Positions 10,206 through 18,776 of a DNA stretch of 64,000 nucleotides are shown piece after piece. Position 1 is the stretch's first letter, and every line of letters begins with the position of its first letter. The DNA is from Bdellovibrionota bacterium. GTDB taxonomy: Bacteria; Bdellovibrionota_C; UBA2361; JBGSMV01. The notes below the pieces were generated by a model that was not told the DNA's origin, searched no databases, and saw nothing but the letters and a program-made list of their open reading frames with translations. The position numbers and the translations under genes are program-made. Where the stretch lies: contig JBIKWF010000004.1 of the NCBI GenBank assembly GCA_044356455.1, forward strand, positions 1-64,000, written 5' to 3'.

Positions 10206-10388
10206 GGAGTTATGAGCATGGCCGCCAAGAACTGGAAGGCAAGAACCCGCGCGAGAGAGGTACCGATTCGCCCCGTAAGCGTTACGCACTTCACCTCTCT
10301 CGCTTTCCTCTGAGGCGGTAAATCTACTCGCCATTTTTAAGTAACCACTGAAAATAAGCCGAGCGGGGGTTCTCCAGAGGCTTCTTAC

Positions 10389-10525
10389 CTAGGGAAGCTC
10401 CGAAGAAATCCACTCTGTGAACTCTGTGCCCTCTGTGGTTGATTTAAATTGTTGAAAAACCACAGAGGACACAGAGTTCACAGAGAGAAAAAATAAAATA
10501 TCGAGGTTTTTCAGAGGTTCCCTAG
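10389..10525. repeat. Family A MITE-like repeat, copy 2 (complete, CTAG at both ends)
   Basis: CTAG-GGAAGCTCCGAAGAAA..(CTCTGTG)x3..AT-rich spacer..(CACAGAG)x3..TTTTTCAGAGGTTCC-CTAG. Confidence 0.95.
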
Positions 10526-10661
10526 AGGAATCCTTGAGATGGCCTTGGGCACGAACCCCCTTTTTACTTAAGGCGAGGGAAATAGAGGCGGAGGGTCTCT
10601 CGCTCCGCCGCTAAATGCCCGATACCTTTATTAGGAGAGCCTTCTTGGCTCTTCGTGGAGG

Positions 10662-11063
10662 TTGCGCGTGAAAATCAAACACATCATGACTCCTTGTCCC
10701 TATTACATTACGGCTCAGTCGTCCTTGGACGATGCTCTTAAAAAGATGGCCCTGCATGGGATTCGTCATCTCCCAGTCACTGACAATGATGAGCTTATTG
10801 GACTCGTCTCGGAACGCGATCTGAGGCTAAGCCAGTTCGTTTGCAAGACTACTCAATATTGCCCAACCGTCGGACAGACCTGTGTTGGAGAGGTCTTTAT
10901 TGTTCATGGCGATAGAGACGTCGCAGAGCTTGCGGACCAAATGGCGCGGGAGAAACGCGAGTGCGCGATCATTTGTGACGAAGCAGAAAATGTTATCGGA
11001 ATTTTCACCACCACTGACGCATTTAAGTTGATTCACTTGCTCGTGAGCGGGAAGGGAGTCTAA
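10662..11063 (+). CDS. CBS domain protein
   Basis: IMTPCP..IRHLPV..LIGLVSERDL and IGIFTTTD form a CBS pair; GGAGG before the TTG start. Confidence 0.9.
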   Translation: MRVKIKHIMTPCPYYITAQSSLDDALKKMALHGIRHLPVTDNDELIGLVSERDLRLSQFVCKTTQYCPTVGQTCVGEVFIVHGDRDVAELADQMAREKRECAIICDEAENVIGIFTTTDAFKLIHLLVSGKGV

Positions 11064-11111
11064 CCGCGGGCTACTCGCGTGAGCGGGAGAGCTTATTTTT
11101 TAAGCGATTCC

Positions 11112-11597
11112 CTACGAGCGCTTCTCGCCTCTGCGTTTTGAGCCCAGTCGCATAATCTCCCGAAACGAGAGCTGAGTTACTAATTCCTGTGAATCCGCGC
11201 TCGGGTCTGAGATACTTTGATCGGATCGACGGAAATCAACAGTTGCCTCGTTTTCTTGCGAAATGAAGGCGCCTTCTGTGTCTTCATGAGAGAGGTCAAA
11301 GACAATACGCGTAAACGTTTCGTGTTTACCTACTCGTATGCGCCGAACTTCCGGTGGAAGTGCTTCCGCGGAGCTGCTCGTATCTACGCATTCTACCTCA
11401 CTAAGATCTACGACAAAGCGGGGAGGATTAGTGAGCTGCTGGGTCGTAACCACGGAAGAGTCGATCTCACGAAGGGCGAAAGCGCCGGTAGTTGCTAGAG
11501 AGAGCTGAGGACAGCGCCGAGCAAGGAGTGGTGAGGCGCTCATAGGCACGCTCAGCAAGAGGAAGAAGACAAGGCAGATTCGGCCAAGGTAACTCAT
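11112..11597 (-). CDS. AMIN domain-containing secreted protein
   Basis: Signal peptide; LTNPPRFVVDL..VRRIRVGKH..TRIVFDL AMIN signature. Confidence 0.8.
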   Translation of the reverse strand: MSYLGRICLVFFLLLSVPMSASPLLARRCPQLSLATTGAFALREIDSSVVTTQQLTNPPRFVVDLSEVECVDTSSSAEALPPEVRRIRVGKHETFTRIVFDLSHEDTEGAFISQENEATVDFRRSDQSISDPSADSQELVTQLSFREIMRLGSKRRGEKRS

Positions 11598-11772
11598 AGA
11601 GGTAGACCTCAGGTGCTCAATTAGCCCGCCGTCAGAGGGGGTCCGATAAATTTGATTCGAGAAGGGCCTCTGAGAGCGCTCTTGGTATTAGACACAGGTT
11701 GGCACCTAGAAGATGGAGAAATTCCAGAGGGCGGGCGGAGTAGAGGTAACTGCTTGATAGGAAGACAATTCT

Positions 11773-12108
11773 TTATTCCGCTGCGGTCCCATTGGTAGGC
11801 CGCTCTCTACAAGTATAGGTGCCTTCCGCAATCATTCGCTCAATACACTGTGCAAGGCCTACAATCGGACCTGTTCCCCCCGAGCCGCCGCCATCTATCT
11901 CGTGGAAGGTAAGTGCGACCCGTATCGCGAGAGGCCGAGTAATGCTTCCTACGGTTCCCGCAATCATGAGCCCCATGAATCCTGCAATGAAGAGGTACTC
12001 TATGAGCGAGGCGCCCCGTTCGGAATTCCGGCGCTGTGCGGGAGGGCTGAAATTTTCTTTCCACATAGGGTTCTCACTGGCCACAAGGAAGGGCTGCTCT
12101 GCCCTCAT
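11773..12108 (-). CDS. Flp/type IVb pilin-like protein
   Basis: ERG|ASLIEY prepilin cleavage site with Glu-Tyr at +5/+6 followed by a hydrophobic helix; start uncertain. Confidence 0.65.
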   Translation of the reverse strand: MRAEQPFLVASENPMWKENFSPPAQRRNSERGASLIEYLFIAGFMGLMIAGTVGSITRPLAIRVALTFHEIDGGGSGGTGPIVGLAQCIERMIAEGTYTCRERPTNGTAAE

Positions 12109-12272
12109 GTCTGCGTGACACGAAGAACTGATTCAGTACGAGAGGTCTCTACGAGATTTTGGGAGATGGGTAACAATTCTCCTGCGGGTAAATCAGAGAA
12201 GTGATGAGCGAGTGGTGAATGACCGCCCAATTGCTGAGGGGCGCCTAGAAGGTGGGAACCTATTTTCTTCCT

Positions 12273-12304
12273 CTTCGTGTTCTCTGTGGTCTTGGTGGTT
12301 GTTT
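12273..12304. repeat. Half-site of the 9-bp triplet palindrome family
   Basis: CTTCGTGTT CTCTGTGGT CTTGGTGGTT GTTT, near-identical to 15933-15964. Confidence 0.7.
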
Positions 12305-12340
12305 CTAGCCAAGCCATAAATGCTAGGAAAGTAAGCTTCT

Positions 12341-13174
12341 TCAGAGTTTTCGCGCTTCCTTTTCTTCTTCGCTGGGAGCCTCTGAGACTGGCGGAAGCGA
12401 AGAGAGCGAGAATGCGGTTAAAACCACGCGTCCCTTCCCCGCGGAGGAAGAAGACAGATTTGGCGAAACATCGATGTCATACTGAGATAGAAACTCGCGT
12501 GTTCTCCTATGAAATGCGCGGCCTTGCTCACGGATCCACTCCCGAATCATGGGGATGCTTTCCGGCGCAATATTGTCGAATTCCGTGCGAATATGCAGAT
12601 TTTTATACTCGTCTGGGGAGGTTATGTTGAAGTCTATCGCATCAGCCAAAGTTTCAAGATCCTTGGTGAAGAACTGAAGAGCGCCGGAGGGGTCTTTATA
12701 GAGTGGCAGGGATTCCTGAAGCAGCTCCACCGTGTCAGAAACGCGGCGCACAACGCCGCAGCGCTCGAGCTCAAAAAGAATGGTTCCGGGGTGCAAATGA
12801 TTATGCACAGAAAGCACCAATTGATTAAACTCGCTGTCTGCTTGACCGCAGGAAAGTATGCGCGGCTTTTTGCGAGAAGAAATGAAGCGCTTATCTTTCT
12901 CCCAAAGCCCTATGACCTTAGTGAGGGTCGTAGGTTCTGTCTCGGCGGGAACGCCTCCTGATTGATAGCGTGCTACATCTGAGCGGTGAATGCCGGTCAT
13001 TGCGGAGAGGCGACTTATGTTGATCTTTTTACCACTTCGCTCAAGCTCCGCATGTGCCTCGCTGACAAAGACGTCTTTGGCCGCCTGAGAGAAAAGCTGA
13101 TAGGTCACTCCGCGCCGCATGAGCAGCCGAATGAGTGGGGTGAGAATAGAGCGCAGCGTGGGTCTTGAAAACAT
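12341..13174 (-). CDS. DUF6502-like protein with HTH-like segment
   Basis: LTPLIRLLMRRGV..K.VFV..A, NISRLSAMTGIHRSDV, VIGLW, F..LV, ELERCG pattern. Confidence 0.8.
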   Translation of the reverse strand: MFSRPTLRSILTPLIRLLMRRGVTYQLFSQAAKDVFVSEAHAELERSGKKINISRLSAMTGIHRSDVARYQSGGVPAETEPTTLTKVIGLWEKDKRFISSRKKPRILSCGQADSEFNQLVLSVHNHLHPGTILFELERCGVVRRVSDTVELLQESLPLYKDPSGALQFFTKDLETLADAIDFNITSPDEYKNLHIRTEFDNIAPESIPMIREWIREQGRAFHRRTREFLSQYDIDVSPNLSSSSAGKGRVVLTAFSLSSLPPVSEAPSEEEKEARKL

Positions 13175-13273
13175 GATGAACTAAAATCTCCCTATCTCTA
13201 GTCGCCACTAATCGAGATGAAGTTTAGTATAAATAGTTAATCTATTTTAATCATTAGAAAAAATGAGGCATTG

Positions 13274-13294
13274 AACTGCCATAGAATGGCAGTT
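13274..13294. promoter_or_regulatory. Perfect inverted repeat (candidate operator) in a divergent AT-rich intergenic region
   Basis: AACTGCCAT-AGA-ATGGCAGTT. Confidence 0.5.
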
Positions 13295-13383
13295 AAGTCA
13301 CATCTTCCAGGGTAGGTGCATAATCTCATGTATAGACGGAGCGTCGCTGGGGCGCCTCCCTTAACTACCAGGAGTGCGAGTTT

Positions 13384-14214
13384 ATGAGGTTTATAAGTTC
13401 ACGAATAGTGGGATGCAGCCTATTGGCGCTCTCCCTGGCCCCAACTTCGGCAGTGCTGGCAGAGGAGCTCCCTGGGAGGGTGCTTTGCCAACGCAAGAAT
13501 GAATCAAAAACTTTTAATGCGAAAACGCGCGTACAAGCGGTACGCGCTGCAGTTGGAAAATGTCCAAGAGGCTTTCGTCAGATTACTTCGTTCGTCACTC
13601 AAGCGGAAGTTGATACCGCGATTTCAAAGAATACTATTCCAGGGCTTCAAGGGCCTAAGGGTGAAAAGGGTGAGAAGGGCGAGCAGGGGACACAGGGTGA
13701 GCAGGGTTTAAGGGGTGAGCAGGGCGCAGCAGGAATCGCAGGACCTCAAGGTCCTCAGGGCATTCCCGGACTCGTTGGGCTTCAGGGAATACAGGGCCCA
13801 ATTGGTCCACAGGGACCTCAAGGAGAGCGTGGTGCCGAAGGTGCCGCCGGTCCCGCTGGAGAGCAAGGCCCGAGGGGAGAAGCGGGACCTCAAGGAGTTC
13901 AAGGCGCCGTTGGCCCGCAAGGAATTCAGGGCATCCAAGGCATTGCTGGCCCCGCCAGCATCAATTCTTTCTGTACTCAAGTAACAAGTCCTCACCCTTA
14001 CGGAGGTCAAAACGGAGGCCAGCAGGCAGTGGCCGCTTGTCCGAGCGGCTACTTCCCAATGTCGGGGGGCGGAGTCTGCGGCGGAAACGCAATGTGGCTT
14101 CAAGTAAGCGTGCCTACCACGGTGAGCGCAGGAGTTTATGGCTGGTATATTTCGTGTAGCTGGCAGGCTGAACAGTCAACTATGGCTTGGGCAATGTGCT
14201 GTAAGCTTAACTGA
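13384..14214 (+). CDS. Secreted collagen-like protein
   Basis: Signal peptide, 35 uninterrupted G-X-Y triplets, Cys-rich C-terminal domain ([19 protein letters not shown]). Confidence 0.9.
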   Translation: MRFISSRIVGCSLLALSLAPTSAVLAEELPGRVLCQRKNESKTFNAKTRVQAVRAAVGKCPRGFRQITSFVTQAEVDTAISKNTIPGLQGPKGEKGEKGEQGTQGEQGLRGEQGAAGIAGPQGPQGIPGLVGLQGIQGPIGPQGPQGERGAEGAAGPAGEQGPRGEAGPQGVQGAVGPQGIQGIQGIAGPASINSFCTQVTSPHPYGGQNGGQQAVAACPSGYFPMSGGGVCGGNAMWLQVSVPTTVSAGVYGWYISCSWQAEQSTMAWAMCCKLN

Positions 14215-14404
14215 GAAAGATTTTCATGCAGAGATGTTTATTCCTCACGAATGGAGGATTTCGCATCCGATGCAAGTAAAAGGGTGGGAGAAAGAGAATG
14301 CTCTTTTTCCTTCCTCGCGCAGGGTTCCCGAGCAGGTACCACCCACCCACCACTGCTCGGGGGCTCACGTGCGGAAAGACTTTTGGTAAGTTCGCTATCT
14401 TATT

Positions 14405-15781
14405 TTAGGTATTTGGAGCAGCTTTCAAGGATTGAGGGAGGCCGTGAGATACGACTGATTCGCGAGGAAGACTACCGGCGGGAGAGGCGCCGGCGCTTGA
14501 GATGGCATCACGAAAGTCAGGATGGCAGATGCTCGTCAGTAGCTCAGCTCTTTCCCTAAGCGTCTTGCCGTGCAGGTTAACGGCTCCGTACTCAGTCACT
14601 ACCCAGTGCACGTGACCTCGGGTCGTTACTACTCCTGAGCCTTGCGTGAGGGTCGGAACAATTCGAGAGATTGTGCCATTTTTTGCGGTGGAGGGGAGCG
14701 CAATAATCGGAACTCCGCCCTCTGAAAGTGCACTGCCGCGAATAAAATCCATCTGGCCGCCAATGCCAGAGAATATTCTAGGCCCCATGGAGTCAGCACA
14801 AACCTGGCCGGTAATATCGACTTGTAAGGCACCATTAATTGCAACAACCTTAGGGTTCTTTCGAATCACCGCGGTGTCGTTTATGAAATCGCTAGGCGCA
14901 AAATGGATAGAAGCGTTGTCGTTTACAAAGTCATACAGCGCCTGAGAGCCGATAATGAAGCCTGTTGCACTGACTCCTTTAAGAACCCTTTTATAGCGAT
15001 TAGTAATAACGCCGCTCTGAAGCAAGGGAAGCATGCCGTCCGAGAACATCTCCGTGTGCAGGCCCAGATCATTCTTCTTAGTGAGCCTCTTAAGTACGGC
15101 ATTTGGAATTGAACCTATTCCGACTTGAAGAGTGCTTCCATCGGTAATCAGTTTGCTAATATGTTCTCCAATCGCGGCTTCTACTAGGCCCTCAGGCTCC
15201 AAGTGGTTTTGGGGTAGAGGATGATTGGAGGTGCAGTAGCCATGGAGCTTGGAGATATGAAGGGTGCAGGTGCCGTGGGTACGAGGCATTTGCTCGTTAA
15301 TCTCTGCAAGTAAAATGTCGGCCGCTTCACTGGCAGCACTGGCGATATCAACCGACGTACCTAAGGTGCAGTACCCATGTGCGTCTGGGGGCGAAACCTG
15401 TAGGAGAGCCACGGAGAGGGGGATTGCGCGAGACCTAAAAAGCGCCGGAATGTCCGAGAGAAATACCGGCATAAAATCAGCCCAACCGGCGGAGACACCA
15501 GCTCTAAGAGAAGCCCCGGTAAAGAGAGAAACAGAGTGGAAGCGCCGGGAGAGTTCCGGCGTGGCGAAGGGCACGGCTCCCTCAAGATGTAAATGATAGA
15601 GAGTGAGGTCGTCTGCCGTGGGAGAGTTAACGAGCGCTTGAAGAAGAGCCTGGGGGGTCGCAGCGCCTCCGTGCACGAAGACCCTGCTTCCATTAGGGAT
15701 TAGCTTTGCGATCTCATTGGGTGCGCGTGCAGCGAGTCGCCAATCATTACTTGCGGCATGTGAATATTGCGTCGTAGCCAT
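14405..15781 (-). CDS. Acetyl-CoA hydrolase/transferase family (4-hydroxybutyrate CoA-transferase-like)
   Basis: VSPPDAHGYCTLG, TLQVGIGSIPNA, LGLHTEM, SGIGGQMDFIRG, VVTEYG; start placed at MATTQ. Confidence 0.92.
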   Translation of the reverse strand: MATTQYSHAASNDWRLAARAPNEIAKLIPNGSRVFVHGGAATPQALLQALVNSPTADDLTLYHLHLEGAVPFATPELSRRFHSVSLFTGASLRAGVSAGWADFMPVFLSDIPALFRSRAIPLSVALLQVSPPDAHGYCTLGTSVDIASAASEAADILLAEINEQMPRTHGTCTLHISKLHGYCTSNHPLPQNHLEPEGLVEAAIGEHISKLITDGSTLQVGIGSIPNAVLKRLTKKNDLGLHTEMFSDGMLPLLQSGVITNRYKRVLKGVSATGFIIGSQALYDFVNDNASIHFAPSDFINDTAVIRKNPKVVAINGALQVDITGQVCADSMGPRIFSGIGGQMDFIRGSALSEGGVPIIALPSTAKNGTISRIVPTLTQGSGVVTTRGHVHWVVTEYGAVNLHGKTLRERAELLTSICHPDFRDAISSAGASPAGSLPRESVVSHGLPQSLKAAPNT

Positions 15782-15932
15782 GCTTACCTTTTGTCTGGGG
15801 TGAGTATAGCGAAGTGCGTATCTGGTGAACATCTCTCTCTCGCTCTTTTCCGTCTGCATTCTTGAACGTATTCATCAGGGAAGAGGCAGCTTGTTCGACT
15901 CGTCTTTCCCTAGGACGACCAGAAAACTCTTT

Positions 15933-15998
15933 CTTCGTGGCCTCTGTGGTCTTAGTGGTTGTTTTCAAAGAAAACCTAAGACCACAAAGAAAGGCGAA
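15933..15998. repeat. Degenerate 9-bp triplet palindrome
   Basis: CTTCGTGGC CTCTGTGGT CTTAGTGGTT..AACCTAAGACCACAAAG. Confidence 0.65.
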
Positions 15999-16162
15999 AA
16001 TCTGCCAAACCAAATTACGGGAATAAAGCGAACGTTTTTAGACGCGTCGTGCTAAGCTCTCCATTGGGCAATTTATTGAGTGGCCCCCTTGCTGTAGTTG
16101 GGCGTGTACTGGAGCCACTTCTTTTCGAGTGGTCGAATTTAGAGTTTTCTAGAAGAGGCTAT

Positions 16163-16627
16163 ATGAAGAACCATTGGTATGTCGTCGCGCACCGAGCGGG
16201 AGCCCGCGTGTTTCAGCAGCAGGGTATCGAAGAAGCTCTTACTCTCGTCAAGCTCTTCGAGAATCCAGAAGGCAAAGTAAAAAGCAGTGACTTGGTGAGC
16301 GATCGCCAGGGGCGCTTTGACCGCGGCGGCGGTGGTCACATAGCCGTGGGGAGTGAAGATGTGCAGCGAGAGCATATCGCGCAGAAATTCTCCCGGGAGA
16401 TAGCGAGCTACCTCGACTCAGAGGCCCAAAAGAATGCCTATAATTCATTGGCACTTGTAGCGGAACCTCAGTTCTTAGGCGAACTTCACAAGGCGCTTGG
16501 GCAGGCAGCTTCATCAAAGGTTACTAAAACACTCACTAAGGATTTAGCGAATGTGGGTGAGCATCAAATGGCGGCGAGCCTTTCAGACATCCTTCTCACC
16601 AAGGAGCCAATCGCTCAGCCTCGGTAG
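16163..16627 (+). CDS. Host attachment family protein (baeRF-like)
   Basis: WYVVAHRAGARVF, DLVSDRQGR, LALVAEPQFLGEL, KDL; GAGG RBS before ATG 16163. Confidence 0.85.
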   Translation: MKNHWYVVAHRAGARVFQQQGIEEALTLVKLFENPEGKVKSSDLVSDRQGRFDRGGGGHIAVGSEDVQREHIAQKFSREIASYLDSEAQKNAYNSLALVAEPQFLGELHKALGQAASSKVTKTLTKDLANVGEHQMAASLSDILLTKEPIAQPR

Positions 16628-17036
16628 AGATACGGGGAGAAGGTGGCATCTTACAAAGGTGAGCGAAGCCTTCACGCTTGGAAGGCTCAGGGAGCAGCGG
16701 CTCTCTGGGCCTTTCTGTTTGTGTGAGCGCAGTTCCTTGCTATGGTCCGATACGCGGGGCTCGTGCACGCTGCAAGCACTTAGCTTTACACGTAAGAGCT
16801 CTAAAAAACTGCGGTGCCGCTCATTGGTTGAGGTGTCTGACTTCCACTGGTCCGCTAACTGGACGGATCTCCTTCCCTCTCACCAGCGCATACCAAAAGA
16901 GCTTCGCACTTCAGCTAACCAATAATCAAAACGTTCCCGTATCATAAGTCCTGGCGAAAGCTTGTGGAGTAAGATGGTGATTTCAGTTTGATTCACCTAA
17001 TCGCCAAGATTCTATTCCGATCTAACTCGAAAAATT

Positions 17037-18308
17037 TTACGGCCCCGTTCCAAAGAAGTCAGTATCGGCTCCCTCTCCGCCTTCCTTCCAATCTTTCCCT
17101 AGAGTAGAGAGCCTGTAGCTATTTCCATTATTCTCAAGAGAATACTTGAAGATAGTCCCAAAATAGTCAGAGAGATATTCCTTTGGAGCAAAGGGAACAC
17201 AGGTCTTTAAGCTTTCAGAGCAAGTCGTAAGCTCATCTAATTTTGATGGTAGCCGCTTGGACTTTTTCTGAAATTTTTCAATGTAGAGGGAGGCGAGACG
17301 TAAGTTTAAACTGGAGTAGAATCGATGAGCATCTCCCTCGGGCCTCTCTTTAAGAAATTGCTTTGAGGTTTTAGCTAAGCTTTCCAATATTCTCTGCGCG
17401 TTAGCTTTATCCCCATCTTCCCAATAAGTCATGGAAAGGCTGAATTGGATAAGAAAGATTCCTTGGGACTGATCGCCAGGGAGTTTCTGGGTGTGAGTAA
17501 GAGCGTCTTCAAGGAGAACAGCTGCCTCTTTATATCTAGACTGTCTGCGTCTCACCTGGGCAAGCCTTTCTTTGCCTATAGATAGCCTGTAATCATCCGG
17601 CTCTGTAAGTCTGGGTAATATTTTTAGTGAAAGCGTCACCTTTTTTTCAGCCTCATCAAGCTTATTCTCATCTAAGTAGTGGAAACCTAGTTCGATGAGC
17701 CCCTCTGCAAGCTCTCTAAAAAGCGTGTCAGAAGGGGTGTCTATTTTCTCAATTAGCTTAAGAGCTTTTGTAAACTCGCTATCAGCCTCAGAAAACTTTT
17801 CCTGGATAGCGTAAGCAGTACCAAGGTGAACAATGGCAGTGGTAAGTTTTTTTGCATCAGTATCTTTTTCTCGTATTGAGACCGCTCGCTTTGCCAGCTC
17901 CTCCAGCTCCGCATAGCGCTTTTGATTTAAGAGACTATAGTAAAGGGCCTCTAACAAGGTTGCAGCCTTGGCGCTATCAGCTCCCTCAATCCTCTCAATT
18001 ATAGCAAGGCCTCGCCTTGCGTGAGTCTCAGCTTCTGCGGCCTGGCCTGCATACATTAAATCACCAGACAACTCGTAGAGAGCATCAGCAAGAGCGGCAG
18101 GGTCTTTCTCTGCTGACTTTTCTGCGATCTCCAAAATCTTTCTTCGAAGGAGAACCGCCTTATCATATTCGCCCTTATTCAAAAGCTCCTCAGCTACTTC
18201 ATGATCCTTTTGCTCCTCTTTACTCTCCCCCCATACAAGACTAGCCCCAGAAAAGAGGACAAGAACTGCTATTACAATAACTCGGGAAAAAATCCTGGTT
18301 GGCGCCAT
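17037..18308 (-). CDS. Secreted TPR protein with a C-terminal T2SS GspG-like domain
   Basis: Signal peptide; long TPR helices; C-terminal LPSKLDEL..DYFGTIFKY..YRLSTLGKDWKEGGEGADTD resembles the GspG DPWG..Y..S.G.DG..GG.G..DI motif. Confidence 0.75.
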   Translation of the reverse strand: MAPTRIFSRVIVIAVLVLFSGASLVWGESKEEQKDHEVAEELLNKGEYDKAVLLRRKILEIAEKSAEKDPAALADALYELSGDLMYAGQAAEAETHARRGLAIIERIEGADSAKAATLLEALYYSLLNQKRYAELEELAKRAVSIREKDTDAKKLTTAIVHLGTAYAIQEKFSEADSEFTKALKLIEKIDTPSDTLFRELAEGLIELGFHYLDENKLDEAEKKVTLSLKILPRLTEPDDYRLSIGKERLAQVRRRQSRYKEAAVLLEDALTHTQKLPGDQSQGIFLIQFSLSMTYWEDGDKANAQRILESLAKTSKQFLKERPEGDAHRFYSSLNLRLASLYIEKFQKKSKRLPSKLDELTTCSESLKTCVPFAPKEYLSDYFGTIFKYSLENNGNSYRLSTLGKDWKEGGEGADTDFFGTGP

Positions 18309-18384
18309 TTGAGCTCCAAAACGTTGCTAGTTCTCGTAAACATTCTCACTGGAGCAGGAAGGTCGCAATGGTCAAATGGCCCCC

Positions 18385-18480
18385 CTACCCCTCATAAGGC
18401 TCGAGAATCACATCCTTAGTAACAAACACATTAGATCTAAACCCTGGGGCAACCTCAAGCGTGGGCTGAATAGAGCGGTT
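18385..18480 (-). pseudogene. Remnant of the 3' end of a TrbI/VirB10-family gene
   Basis: Minus strand reads NRSIQPTLEVAPGFRSNVFVTKDVILEPYEG*; an in-frame stop lies shortly upstream. Confidence 0.7.
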
Positions 18481-18534
18481 CTCTCTTTGTCTCCAGACTG
18501 TAACGTAAAGTGTGAACGTGATTCAGGTATACAT

Positions 18535-18612
18535 TGGATCACAAAGGACGCAGAGGACACTAAGGTATAGACTTGATTGGCTCTTGTGTCCGTCGCGTCC
18601 TTTCTGGGTCCA
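18535..18612. repeat. Mini inverted-repeat element of the 9-bp triplet type (GxxExxY-element topology)
   Basis: TGGATCACAAAGGACGCAGAGGACACTAAG..CTTGTGTCCGTCGCGTCCTTTCTGGGTCCA imperfect inverted repeat. Confidence 0.7.
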
Positions 18613-18776
18613 TGCAGTACTTAGACAATTACACAGTTGGCGTTACAGTTCCTTTGCCTCTGCCCCGTCCTATCTGCGTCTGCCCCAAGGAATTCAACGA
18701 TTTCACCCCGATTTCAAGCGGACTTCACCTCTACTTCACACACGTTCTCGATAACTCCTCATGACAATTAACCCCT

